Of a stretch of 64,000 bases of DNA, positions 47,701 to 58,750 are shown one piece after another (positions within the stretch are counted from its first letter, which is position 1; the number at the start of each line of letters is the position of its first letter). The notes beneath the pieces are model-generated. The model did no database searches. It was not told where the DNA came from and worked only from the letters and a program-made list of their open reading frames with translations. The stretch is from the NCBI GenBank assembly GCA_973895155.1, contig OZ316899.1:891573-955572 (forward strand). The letters are read 5' to 3'. This DNA is from Marsupella aquatica. Lineage: Eukaryota; Plantae; Marchantiophyta. Position numbers and translations under genes: made by a program.

Positions 47701-49431
47701 GTTGTTGCCGATGCCGATTTCTTTTCTTTCTCCAGTAGTTTCAGCAGACTCTGCATGCCTGGTTGCTGCATCGGCAAGTCTTCCTTCCTGGGCCTAAACA
47801 CCTGCTCGATCGTAGGACTAACAGGTGGTTGAGGCTTCTCAGCCAACGGCCTCGGCGTTGGAGCTTCCTCGGGTGCCCTTACCTGCAGGGGAAGTACCGG
47901 GGCAAAAGTCTGACCTCTGGCATACCGGCACAACAGCGGCATGTGATAGCCAAGCCGCGACACGCTCCCCATGCCGATTACCTGCTGCTCCTCCTTTAAG
48001 ATCTTCTTCAATTGGTTGAGGAGGTACCCGTTGTAGTCCCGGCTTGGGTCTGGCCTTTCTGCCAGATAGACCTGTGCCTTGCCGATCTCTGCCCTCGGCA
48101 AGTTACAATGCATGGTCACCCGCAAGAAGTCGATCATCTCTCCTATGTGCGGGTTGGTGCAGGTGTTCCGGAAGAAGCCATTCTTCGTTGATGGCCCGGG
48201 GAACGACCGGAACTCCTTGTCAGGCAAGGTCTTCCTGGTATCAACTTTGGTCTTATTGCCCATCGGCAAGCCAAACACTTCGGCAATCACCTTGGGAGTA
48301 AGATAGAAATCCTTCCCATATATCCTCGTGCAATTGGTCTCGGGTTCCCATGACCCCACGAATTCTAATAGGTCTGACTCCGGTACCTCCGGCTTCAGCC
48401 ATGGTAATCTTACAAAGGCCTCCAAGCCGGATCCGGCCATGAAGCCTTGGTACTTCTTGGTCTGCATGGCCGTAAAGCATGCATCCTCCTCCCGTGCAAA
48501 ATGTAGTTGCACCTCCACCGGTAGGGTTGCCGCCCAGCCCTTCCAGGTGTCATCCCTGGTTGGAATGGCCTTGATGGGATCGACCTCCTCCTCTTCGGCT
48601 TCTCCCTGCCTCCTGCTCTGCTGCTCGGCTGGCTTCTTTGGTGCCGTCGACCTCGTTCTTTTTGCCGGGGTGGCTTCATCGTTGACGGCTCCCTTCCTCT
48701 TCATCTCTGCTGCCGTGGAGGTTTCTCCTAGCACCGTTGCCTGGGTCCACCTTTCCGTGCTACCCTTTAATTCCTAGTGTATGTCGTTGCAGTTCTTGAT
48801 GGCCTCTCGGATGCCGACGACGCTGTCCTTGCAAAACAGAAGATCGTCGAGTTGATTGGAAGTAGGCGTCCACAGGAACTCGTCCTTGATGAGTTCGCCT
48901 CCTAAGAAAGCCGTCTTCTGCAGCTCCCACAATCGAGCGAGCTCCTGCCGTTCTCGAGCTGCCCTTTCTGACTCCTCGTCCTCGTAAGTCTTGATGTACT
49001 CAGTTTCTCGTTCGAACAGGCATCCCCAGAAATGTGCCGCTTGATTGACGTTGCTCATACCCTCCTTAGGTTGATCGTCGGTATCTACTCTCTCCCCGAG
49101 TGCTTGCCTAAGCAGCTGACAGTAGTTGGCCTCCCGTAGTCGTCTGCCTAGTTCGTGCTCGCAAATGAGCCACCATCTCCTGCAAGCGCTCCTTACCCCT
49201 CTCCTCTGCCGGTCCTTCTTCCCGTTGATCCTTCCTAGCCGCCGACGCTTAACGCGCCCTAACCCTAATCGGGTTTTCACCCTCAGCCTTACCTCCGGCC
49301 TCTGCCCGGGTTCCATGGTTGCCCCTAATTGTTTATATTTTCCTTGTTTTGTCACTATACTAAGGTGTTCCTAGGGTGCCTTCCTGCTTTACCCACTTAA
49401 CCGGCCGAGTGATTCCTGTCTAGGCATCACA
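44774..49431 (-). repeat. F2 LTR copy B (4658 bp), 3' LTR of the nested element
   Basis: Same termini; nearly identical to copy C; PPT at 49432..49446. Confidence 0.93.
45696..49058 (-). pseudogene. LTR-encoded protein, copy B (single TGG>TAG stop at 48774)
   Basis: Otherwise only about a dozen residues differ from copy C. Confidence 0.92.
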
Positions 49432-50852
49432 TAGCTCCCCACTTAATTGTGAAGCGTCCTCGCGAACAACTTCATCTTCGTCCATATAGTATTTCTTGAG
49501 GCGGTCATAATGGATGCGAACTGGATATACCTCTCCCGTAATGTTGGCCAATTGCACGGAGCCATTGGGGAACATCATGGTTACTCTAAAGGGTCCTAAC
49601 CAGCGAGTGTAAAGCTTTCCTGGAAACCTACTATACCTACTGTCATAAAGTAGCACAAGATCACCGGTATGAATACTAACTACTTTTAACCTTTTATCAT
49701 ACTGCTGCTTCATGATATTCTGTCTATATTCTACTCTCTCGGCTGAAATCATTCTCGCTTCCTCTAAAGCTTCTAACCTATATTCTCGCTCCTTTAGGCT
49801 CTCCTCCGCTGAGGCTCTTTCTTCAATTGTAACTTGAAATGTCGGTATCTCAAGTTGCATGGGTACCAGGGCTTCTTGTCCAAAGGTTAAGAAGAAGGGT
49901 GTATGACCGGTAGTGGATTTATAGGCAAGATTGTAAGCAAAAACAGCAGCAAACAATTTATCATCCCAATCGAGTTTGTTCTGAGCTACTGTTTTGTTCA
50001 ATATCTTTCCTATGATTCCGTTTGCTCGTTCTGTCAACCCGTTTGCCTTTGGATGGTAGGGAGTAGTAGGCCTATGTTTAACTAAATACTGCTCATTTAA
50101 ACGACTAATTATATCATTCAAAAAATGGGTTCCTCTATCACTAACTAATTCTAGGGGTGCTCCATACCTGGTGAAGATCTGCTCATACATGAATCTAGCC
50201 GTAGTAATTGCATCATCCTTCGTATTGGTTGTCGAAATGATTTGGCTCCTAACATGAGATCAATTCGATGTTCCCCTAGTGTTGGATCTACGCCCTTTAG
50301 ATCTTGGTGACTCCATGCAAACACATCCTGAAATTCAATTAATAAGTCACTGATCTCTTTCTCGAGCTCAGGTGCTAGGTTTCTCCCTAAGTTCAGTTCT
50401 CTTCCCTCTCCTAAGTCGAGCTTCCGATATTGCCGTGCTTGGATCATATTAATCTGCTTCTTCAAATTCGGGTCCAGTTCGGCTTCCAGTCTCTCTAATC
50501 TCATACCTCCATAAACTGGGATCTCGGCTGGACTAGCCGAGTCGGTCCCTTCCTTGGTGTCCATAGATTGTCCCCTTACCGGTCTATTCGGTTTTGAATT
50601 AGTGGTCGGCTCCCCTTCCTGCCTTGGCTCTGGATCGTGTCTGTCCATCTCATCCACCTCTTGCTCCTGAGAGTTAGGCCGCTGTGCTCTCTCGGCTTCT
50701 AATAGGGCCTCAATTTGTTCTGCCCTCGTAATCGGCTTGTATGCCGATCCCTTGGTATTTAATTCCTTGCCGATGATCGAGGGCGTTGTGGACCACGTCG
50801 GCTCTGCCACAACGCCTGCAGAAAATCCACTGTCCCTGCTACTGCTCCCCAC
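49420..50852 (-). pseudogene. F2 copy B pol: RT start fused to the integrase core by a deletion
   Basis: KSFRQPIR joined out of frame to the DDAITTARF region at 50213..50222. Confidence 0.9.
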
Positions 50853-53752
50853 TTAGCCGTTTCATCCAATTGGTCTACATCCTTAACTTCCTCCGGAATT
50901 GCAGCTAAAAAGGTGGATTCTATTGTAAAGCAGTCCTCGACCTCTTCGTCTTCTTCTTCCAAGTCACCTTCCATTGGTTCTTGCCATAATCCGCTGGGGG
51001 GTACCTCTGGTCCAAAGACACCTTCTTCGGTTAGGTTAGTGAAGCATTCTAACCAACGTACTTCATCGGCCGACTCCAGTCCACTATCGTACCCATCTAC
51101 TTCCCTTATGCTTTTCCTACGGTCATCCTTAGTGTCCCAGGATACCGTGATAGAGGGGGTCCCGAAAGTGAACTGCTTTTTACCCCAATCTTCTATTACC
51201 TCGGCTAGGTACAGCCATGGCCTACCAATCAATAGCCGGAATGACGTAGGATTTACCGGCTTCATTACTACATAGTTAATGCTAAAGAAGATACCTCCTA
51301 TCTCTGTCTTGATGCCGGTTAACACTCCCGTCGGAATGACCTGATATCCATTGGCCATGTTCAACACTCTTCCAGTCATCTCCGGTGTTAGACCCCACCC
51401 TTTTGCTGTTGAATCAATCATAATACATACCCCTGATCCTCCATCGATGGGTACCCGTAGTAATAATTCTCCTTGAATCATTAATGGTAATGCTGGGGCT
51501 CCTTGATCTTCTTCTATCATTAGTACGTCGGATCTGGTTGCTACCTTGGGTAATCTCGGCTTGCCGAGAATAGCCTTCCTTAATTGCTTCCGGAAGTACG
51601 GGCTATTTTTCAATAGTTGACCTACTGTTGCCGAGACTCTAGATTCTAGTACATCTTTAGCCAGGTCATAGGGAACAATCGGCTTCTCTTCTGGTGGTGT
51701 TTCCGTCTTGGATTCGGCCAGTTTTGCCACGCTAGTCTCCACAGCTGTTGGGTCTTCTGAAGCAAACAATGCTTTTGCTCGTTTTACATCCTTGGCAATG
51801 GCTTCGGTATTCTCCAGGGTTTCTAATTCTCTTAGTTGTTCCTTAACACTAGCCGTAACAGAGGGGTAGAACAACTTAGGATGATCTCGATTGAAGTCGC
51901 TATCTTGTGAAGGATTGGTTTCACTGGTGGGCTCATGGCTTACCTGTATTGCCGGAGCCCTCCCTTCTCCTTCTGTTGATGTTGACGAAGAGTCGATCCT
52001 TTCCTTCGTAACCTTCCCTTTATTTTTGGCCAGCCCATCCCACCTTTCCTTCCTTCTGGTAGATCGAGTAGAGACCCGGTAGCAATCATGATCTAAATCC
52101 TCCTCTGAGAAGGTTGATAGGGCTTCGGCCTCATCATCAGATGGTACGAACTCTGCCTCGGCATCCTCTTGCCATCCTAGTTCGATGTGGTTGATTTGAA
52201 CTCCTCCGGGGGTAGTACCTGGCGGTAAGATCTTGATCGGCAAAAGCTTATGATTTGCGGCCAGGCCTGCCAACCAAGTAGGACATTGCCCTAGCATATG
52301 ACCTTCCTGTCGGCATCCCATACATAGCTGAGCTGGTTGTCCATCACCCTGTTTGCGTGCATTCGGGCATTCTCTAGCAAAATGGCCAGGTTGACCACAA
52401 TTATAGCACGCCGCAAATCTTTGCACATTCGGCCTAGGAGGTACTGACGGGTTCTGAATAATCCGAGGATACATCTCTCCTGGATTGTTCCTTAACCCTG
52501 ACCACAGAGATGCAGGTCTGTTGGATAGGTCTCGTGCTCCAGTCTCACTGATGCCGAAAACACTATCAGCGGCATCTCCCAAAAAGTACTCTACTTCTCC
52601 CTGACATGGTCTGATCTCGGCCACATGCCGAACATGATTAGTATTAAGCTTAGGACAAGCATCTTTATGGTGTCCGGTTTTATAACATAAGGCACACCAT
52701 ACAGAGCTATCCTCCTGTACTACCTTCTTCTTTGGTTTTACCTCTGCAATGATAGCCTTAAGTTGCTCGGTAAGGGCTACGATGTTATCTGGTGGCTTAG
52801 CCTCCATCTTGACTTTCGTCTTCCCTCTCCTTCTGCCCTTCCTTTTCCTAGTTTTTTCTTCTTCAGAACTAGAAGATGACTCACTCTTGCTACTCCCACT
52901 ATTCGAGCTTGACTTATCACTTCTAGACTTCTTGGAATGTTTCTTCTTCTTATCTTTTTTCTTGTGGGGTGATCCCTCCTCTGATGAGGAACTCTCAGAC
53001 TTAAGCTGTTTCTTCCGGCTTGTGATATCTGCATTAATGTATAACTGAATATCCTTAATTGCTTCGGCTAAGGTCTCCGGGTTCTCCTTCCTAATTGCAA
53101 AACTCATCTTCTGTGGCAAAGCATTCACCAACCATTGAAGTTGCATACCTTCAGATGCATTGGTCTTTGTACGTCTTACCAGTTTCTGAAAGCGTTGCAA
53201 GAACTTCCTGAAGGATTTGTTCTCCTTGAACCGAAGTTGTCCCAACTTCAGCACTGCTAGTTCTGAAGTTCCAATGGGTCGAAACTCCTTAACAAAGAGT
53301 GTTTTGAAGATATCCCAGATGGCTTGATCTTCCACATCTAATGCTCTGTACCAAGGCCTAGCCTCACCCTTGAACAGGCCGGGAAGAATCTGCATCTTGA
53401 TGGCCGATTCTCCATTTGCTGCAGCGGTTCCCTCGAAATCATCCAACCATTCGTCCGGATCCTCATCTCCTCTCCCATGAAATGCCTTGTAATGTATGCG
53501 CGACCGCTGGCTCAATCTGGTCCCTGGCCTCTCGTCTGGCCGTGCCTCTGGTTCCCCCATGTCGGTTGGAGACTCACTTCTCCTTACCGACTCTTCTTCT
53601 GGTATGTCTTCTTCGACGCCACTTCCAGTTTCGGAGCTACCAGCTCTTTCTACCCCTCTCAGTCGCTGTGTATCATGCCACCCGGCGAGCTGCTGCAGTC
53701 GAGCTCTCTCCCGTTGAATCACTCTTTCTTCCCTCGGCGTAAGGTCAGTCAT
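50759..53752 (-). CDS. F2 Gag-protease ORF (997 aa)
   Basis: YKAFHGRGDEDPDEWLDDF, three CCHC knuckles, protease IDGGSG; ends before RT. Confidence 0.92.
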   Translation of the reverse strand: MTDLTPREERVIQRERARLQQLAGWHDTQRLRGVERAGSSETGSGVEEDIPEEESVRRSESPTDMGEPEARPDERPGTRLSQRSRIHYKAFHGRGDEDPDEWLDDFEGTAAANGESAIKMQILPGLFKGEARPWYRALDVEDQAIWDIFKTLFVKEFRPIGTSELAVLKLGQLRFKENKSFRKFLQRFQKLVRRTKTNASEGMQLQWLVNALPQKMSFAIRKENPETLAEAIKDIQLYINADITSRKKQLKSESSSSEEGSPHKKKDKKKKHSKKSRSDKSSSNSGSSKSESSSSSEEEKTRKRKGRRRGKTKVKMEAKPPDNIVALTEQLKAIIAEVKPKKKVVQEDSSVWCALCYKTGHHKDACPKLNTNHVRHVAEIRPCQGEVEYFLGDAADSVFGISETGARDLSNRPASLWSGLRNNPGEMYPRIIQNPSVPPRPNVQRFAACYNCGQPGHFARECPNARKQGDGQPAQLCMGCRQEGHMLGQCPTWLAGLAANHKLLPIKILPPGTTPGGVQINHIELGWQEDAEAEFVPSDDEAEALSTFSEEDLDHDCYRVSTRSTRRKERWDGLAKNKGKVTKERIDSSSTSTEGEGRAPAIQVSHEPTSETNPSQDSDFNRDHPKLFYPSVTASVKEQLRELETLENTEAIAKDVKRAKALFASEDPTAVETSVAKLAESKTETPPEEKPIVPYDLAKDVLESRVSATVGQLLKNSPYFRKQLRKAILGKPRLPKVATRSDVLMIEEDQGAPALPLMIQGELLLRVPIDGGSGVCIMIDSTAKGWGLTPEMTGRVLNMANGYQVIPTGVLTGIKTEIGGIFFSINYVVMKPVNPTSFRLLIGRPWLYLAEVIEDWGKKQFTFGTPSITVSWDTKDDRRKSIREVDGYDSGLESADEVRWLECFTNLTEEGVFGPEVPPSGLWQEPMEGDLEEEDEEVEDCFTIESTFLAAIPEEVKDVDQLDETAKWGAVAGTVDFLQALWQSRRGPQRPRSSARN
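50782..50828 (-). other. Candidate -1 programmed ribosomal frameshift signal (also 44362..44398 in copy A)
   Basis: G_GAT_TTT in correct phase, 5-nt spacer, 10-bp stem GGCGTTGTGG/CCACAACGCC with a 15-nt loop, inside the ~90-nt gag-PR/pol overlap. Confidence 0.75.
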
Positions 53753-53799
53753 TACCTACGCTTCCGTTCTAACTTCATATCTCACGGCTTAAGAAATGC

Positions 53800-53817
53800 C
53801 CCCTCCATCTAGCGCCA
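53800..53817 (-). other. F2 primer-binding site complementary to tRNA-Asn 3' end
   Basis: TGGCGCTAGATGGAGGGG, 4 nt after the LTR end CACCACA; one mismatch to the recalled plant tRNA-Asn end. Confidence 0.8.
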
Positions 53818-53821
53818 AAAA

Positions 53822-54621
53822 TGTGGTGCGTCCCATGGCTCCCTAAACCCAAGAAACCCCCCAGCTCAAGCCGATTCCCGCAGGTTTCGCGCTTGGCGAG
53901 GCCGTTTCCGCGGCTTAGCGGCATGGGACGCTGCTAACCTTCTACTACTACTATTAACATTTTACACACATATACTGGACAGATCCTTCATCGGGTCATG
54001 AGATACGTAGCCGGCCTAATATAGGCCTTCCCCTGTCTTCCCCTGTCTTCCCCTCCGTCTTGTTAGGTATGTTTGGATTCCGCCGCCGGAATGATCCCCA
54101 ATAGGCTTGGTTAAGCCGCTAAGACCTCTCTCAGCTCGACACATCCAACTCTCACTCCCCTGCTTACTTTCCTTCTTTCTGTTGATGTGGGCACTCTTCA
54201 CACAAGTTAATGCGACACACAAATAGCAAAATGACTCATTCTGACTGAGTCATACCATGCACTTGCCATACAAACAGTACATCTCATACACAAGTTCTGC
54301 GAACTAAGCCGTGAGGCCAACTCTATTCAGCTCTTAGGCATGAGGAAACATGAATATACACAAGGGTCACTGTATGACTAACCGAGAGCTTCTCGTACTA
54401 CTTGATCCCAGCCCGGCTGGTGCAAACTAAAAACTTGCTAAAGAAGAGGCCCTAATCGAGTTTTCACCCCCAGCGTCCTTACCTCTGGCCTCGGCCCGGG
54501 TTCCATGGTTGCCCCTAATTGTTTATATTTTCCTTGTTTTGTCCCTATACTAAGGTGTTTCTAGGGTGCACTCTTGCTTTACCCACTTAACTGGCCAAGT
54601 GATTCCTGGCTAGGCATCACA
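53822..54621 (-). repeat. Chimeric, internally deleted F2 5' LTR (800 bp)
   Basis: Left part carries B-type variants, right part A-type variants, joined at CCCT 54450..54453. Confidence 0.88.
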
Positions 54622-54875
54622 AGCACTGAGTAGAGACTACACTCCATGGCACCTGCTAAGATCTAATCAAAGCTACCAGACCTACCTACACGACACTAAC
54701 CTCTAAAAAGGTGTGTTCCGTCCCTTCTTCTTCTTGTGGCGAGAGCGAAGCTAGGGAACAGGTGCGGGATCCACAACCGGTGGAGCCACCTGCTGACCAG
54801 ATGGTGAGTCTAATCCTGTCCTACCCCCTGACCCACTAGATGCACCGCTAGGCACGGTAGAAGTCCCACCAACCC

Positions 54876-57364
54876 CTAACACAACAGAGTGAAAGGAGGC
54901 CTCGCCCCCCCGACAGACCTACTAGAGTGATGAGAGGCTGCGGCTGCGGATGATGCATGTGGCCCATGCCGTGCTGTACTGCCACCTGACTCACGAGATG
55001 GCGCTAGACCCCTAGAGCCACCATTGTCCAAGTCACCACTGCCTCGACAAGGGGGGCTAGGTGCAGCAGATACTCCTCGACGAGGGGGGCTAGGTGCACC
55101 AGATACTCCTCGACGAGGGGGGTTAGGTGCAGAGCATACTCCTGAGCGATGGTGTGGGCCTGCACCACCTCTACTACCCCCTGAAGGCCCAGGCCTCGCA
55201 GCCCGCGATGCTCCCCGTGACTGATGAGAGCTCACACCATCAACAGCATGTGACCCACCTCCCCTCCCTTCCAATGTGAGGGTAACATGAGGTATCTGGG
55301 CAGTAGGGGCAACTCTAGGAACAGTCTGGGAAACTATAGGAACAGTCTGGGCAACTATAGGAACAGCCCGAGAAACTCTAGGAATAGTCGCGGTAGCTCT
55401 AGGCTCCCTCTGCAACCCTGCCTCAGATGCTGAGTCCTCATCATCTGACTCCCCAGACCCCTCCTCCTGCACATTACAATTAATTAAAGTAAGGAACTTG
55501 GTCAAAACTCTACAAATGTAGCAATGCTCTAGCTAAGCAAAACATTGTCCCAACTTAGGTAGGGGGAGGAAACAATTACCTCTCCCAGCTCATCCTCAAT
55601 CTGTCGCTTTAGAGCACGGGGTCCATCCCTTGCTGCTAGTTCCCTCTCTTTTGGATCAATGGGACGACCATACTCCCTCTCCTGACATTTCAAAATTAAA
55701 AGACCACTTCAGCACAATAAATTTAGTTTCAACCATAAAATCCACTCCCTATACCAAACTTCTCCCTCTCAAAACTCTATGCCTTCTGTAACTTCTATAA
55801 CTTACTTCACCTCTAGCAAATACTCTAAACCCTAAAAAAATCACAAGTGAACTCAAGAAGGGGTCCATTCCGGAATTTCATGCAAGTCAAGCATCCCTAT
55901 CCTATGCAATCAAAAAAACCCTAAACCCTACCCGTTTTAAACAAAATAAACCCAAATTCACTCAAAATATACTCGTTCCGATGCAGCATCCAATGTGGAT
56001 TCTATCGGACTGCTATCGGACCCTCATCCGCTAAATTTGAATGTTACTATGTCCGATGTGGGTTCCAATGCGGGTTACAACAAACAAACATCGGACTTAG
56101 CAGTCTCAAGAGCAAAACAAGGGGGATCGGAGCGTGATAAAGCAAAACGGGACAACCAAAATGTTCACTCTTCACAAGAGAAGTCAGGTGGTCAGGGAGA
56201 GGAGCAAGGGAGGAGGGAGCTAGGAGGGAGGAGGGAGGAGCCACTTACAAACTCGGCCTTCAATCGATTGGAGCCGCCTTGCCCCATCCGGTGAGTCACA
56301 ATGGGCCTCTCTTCTACTCGCTTCAATGCTGCTATGATGTTTGCAGGAGGTTTTTGAAGTCTTGCTGCTTGAGCTGCCCATTGTCGAAGGTTCAGTTGGA
56401 GGGGGGCCATGTCAATATCCTCCCCGGCAGCTCGCTTTTCTTTTGCAATCCTGATTTCATTGTCCCAATGTCGTCTCTTTAGCTAGGCTCGAACAGAGAG
56501 CTCCTCCTCAAGCCAAGCTGTCCATGCATCCTGGGGAATCACATCTGGATACTGGTGCTCCCTGACCACCTCTGCATCTATTGGCAAATCAGTAAGGTAA
56601 TCCCTCATCTTCTCCCGCACATGATTCCTTGCATCTGAAACAGAGGCTGAAATTCGACTGTTTAGAAATCTGTCTTCAAGGTGGGCTCCGTTCTTGAATC
56701 TTTCTTTGATCTGCTCCCAAACCCTGGTCCTCTCCTCCTCTGTTTTCTTACCCCAGTAGTCTAGTGGCCCAAAATTTGCCCTCACAACCTGCAAGAATTG
56801 GCTGCGGAACAAATTGTAGCTCCTAGGCATTGGAGCCCCACCTGAATTGATAGCCAGCTCAGGTTGCAGAGCCCTCTCAGCCTCCCTTCACCTTTGCTCC
56901 TCAACTTGCAGCCTCTTTGCCTCCCTAGCTTCTCTTTGAAACTTTTTCTCCCTTTTCCGAGGAGAGAGAGCCTCGTCACCATTTGCCCTAGCCCTCTCCG
57001 CCTCCTTTCTCTTCTTCCTTGCCTCTTTCTCTGCTACGAGGCCTGCTGCGGCAGCCTTCTCTGCCTCACCTTTTGAGGCATCAAGCAAAACCTGAAGCAC
57101 CGGGACTACTCTTGCTGCATCCTCCACTGGAAGCCCTACCTTGGCCACAAACAACTCCCTCATTATCTCCTCATATGGCTGGGATGGCCCAGCCCCATCT
57201 CCCCCATCACCCGATCCTCCTTCCCCCACCATCTCTCCTCCTTCCCGAGCTCCTCCCCTCTCGGCCTTAAAAATTTTTCTGAAATGACTGATGTGCGAAG
57301 GAAGCCCCGTAGTGTGCGCCTTCGCAAGCGCATCGGGATTTACAGATTTCAAATTTTGAATCAA
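54876..57364 (-). pseudogene. CACTA TnpA-like (Ptta/En/Spm-type) spliced gene with premature stops
   Basis: One frame from 57364 to ~56230 with stops at 56888 and 56483; PDVIPQDAW and HRMGQGG motifs then a GTAAGT donor; further exons ~55580..55682 and 54876..~55470 (with SAPSPPRRGV repeats). Confidence 0.6.
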
Positions 57365-58750
57365 GTCCGATTGTTTTCACTTCGGAACGTCCGTAGCGTA
57401 TAGTATCGAATGTCAAATCGGACCTTCCGATGCGTGTTGCATCGGACCCCTCCTCCAGCTCGTTATTCCTCGCTTTTACGAAGTGTGATACGTTGGAAAT
57501 GGTATCGGACCCCTCGTGTAATGTTATCAAATAGGGGGTTAAGTAGGGCTTATGTAGGGGTCATGTAGGTGTATGTGGGAAGGACCGGTTGTATTAACAT
57601 TTAATCGTCATGTATGTTTGAATCAGGTTTTATAGGGCCATACATGTAGACACATACCGCAGGGGGTTGGCAACGGTGTCGTGGATGTGATATATCGACC
57701 TTCTTGCAATTTTGGGGTTTGTACCTGAATCCAGATTTTTTTGTGATATACTTTGGTTATCCATGTTCAATTTGCTAATATTCGTCTTTGGGTTTGATGT
57801 GCAGTACCTTGGTTTTGAAGGGGTGGTTATGTGGTGCGTCCCATGGCTCCCTAAACCCAAGAAACCCCCCAGCTCAAGCCGATTCCCGCAGGTTTCGCGC
57901 TTGGCGAGGCCGTTTCCGCGGCTTAGCGGCATGGGACGCTGCTAACCTTCTACTACTACTATTAACATTTTACACACATATACTGGACAGATCCTTCATC
58001 GGGTCATGAGATACGTAGCCGGCCTAATATAGGCCTTCCCCTGTCTTCCCCTGTCTTCCCCTCCGTCTCGTTAGGTATGTTTGGATTCCGCCGCCGGAAT
58101 GATCCCCAATAGGCTTGGTTAAGCCGCTAAGACCTCTCTCAGCTCGACACATCCAACTCTCACTCCCCTGCTTACTTTCCTTCGTTCTGTTGATGTGGGC
58201 ACTCTTCACACAAGTTAATGCGACACACAAATAGCAAAATGACTCATTCTGACTGAGTCATACCATGCACTTGCCATACAAACAGTACATCTCATACACA
58301 AGTTCTGCGAACTAAGCCGTGAGGCCAACTCTATTCAGCTCTTAGGCATGAGGAAACATGAATATACACAAGGGTCACTGTATGACTAACCGAGAGCTTC
58401 TCGTACTACTTGATCCCAGCCCGGCTGGTGCAAACTAAAAACTTGCTAAAGAAGAGGCCCTGAGCTCCCCGCTGCCCAGGTACTTATCCTGGTAGTGGAT
58501 CCGCCATTCTTTGCATCGTAAGCCTAATCTACTTAACAGTAATCTACTTGCCCGAATCTACCTATCTACAGCAAGGCAGGAGCACAAGTGTTGCTCCTAC
58601 CAGTGGGACCGCAATCCCACTAAGCTAAGTGTCAGGGCCGCTCCTGGTTCTGATCCTAATCCTAAACGTGGAGATCCGTGCCCGCCCTGCCCACTCACGC
58701 CTCCTCCCTCCACGTCCGCCCTCCCTAAAAGGAACGGCGCCCTTGCACCG

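Larger units (their letters stand above)
37356..54621 (-). mobile_element. Composite F2 unit with three LTRs (element A with nested element B)
   Basis: TSD AGCAC at 37351..37355 and 54622..54626; LTRs at 37356..42019, 44774..49431 and 53822..54621. Confidence 0.9.
31952..57829 (-). mobile_element. Second CACTA element (left end and TnpA-like gene), split by LTR insertions; continues beyond C
   Basis: CACTAGTACATTTTAGGGCC at 31952, dense ATCGGA/TCCGAT subterminal motifs that resume after each insertion, TnpA-like exons 54876..57364. Confidence 0.65.

Noticed and set aside
54450-54621. The 800-bp LTR as the genuine F2 LTR with the ORF being an internal insertion
   Set aside because: It is a B/A chimera with a microhomology junction, whereas three long F2 LTRs and a TSD-flanked related solo LTR share the ~4.6-kb form
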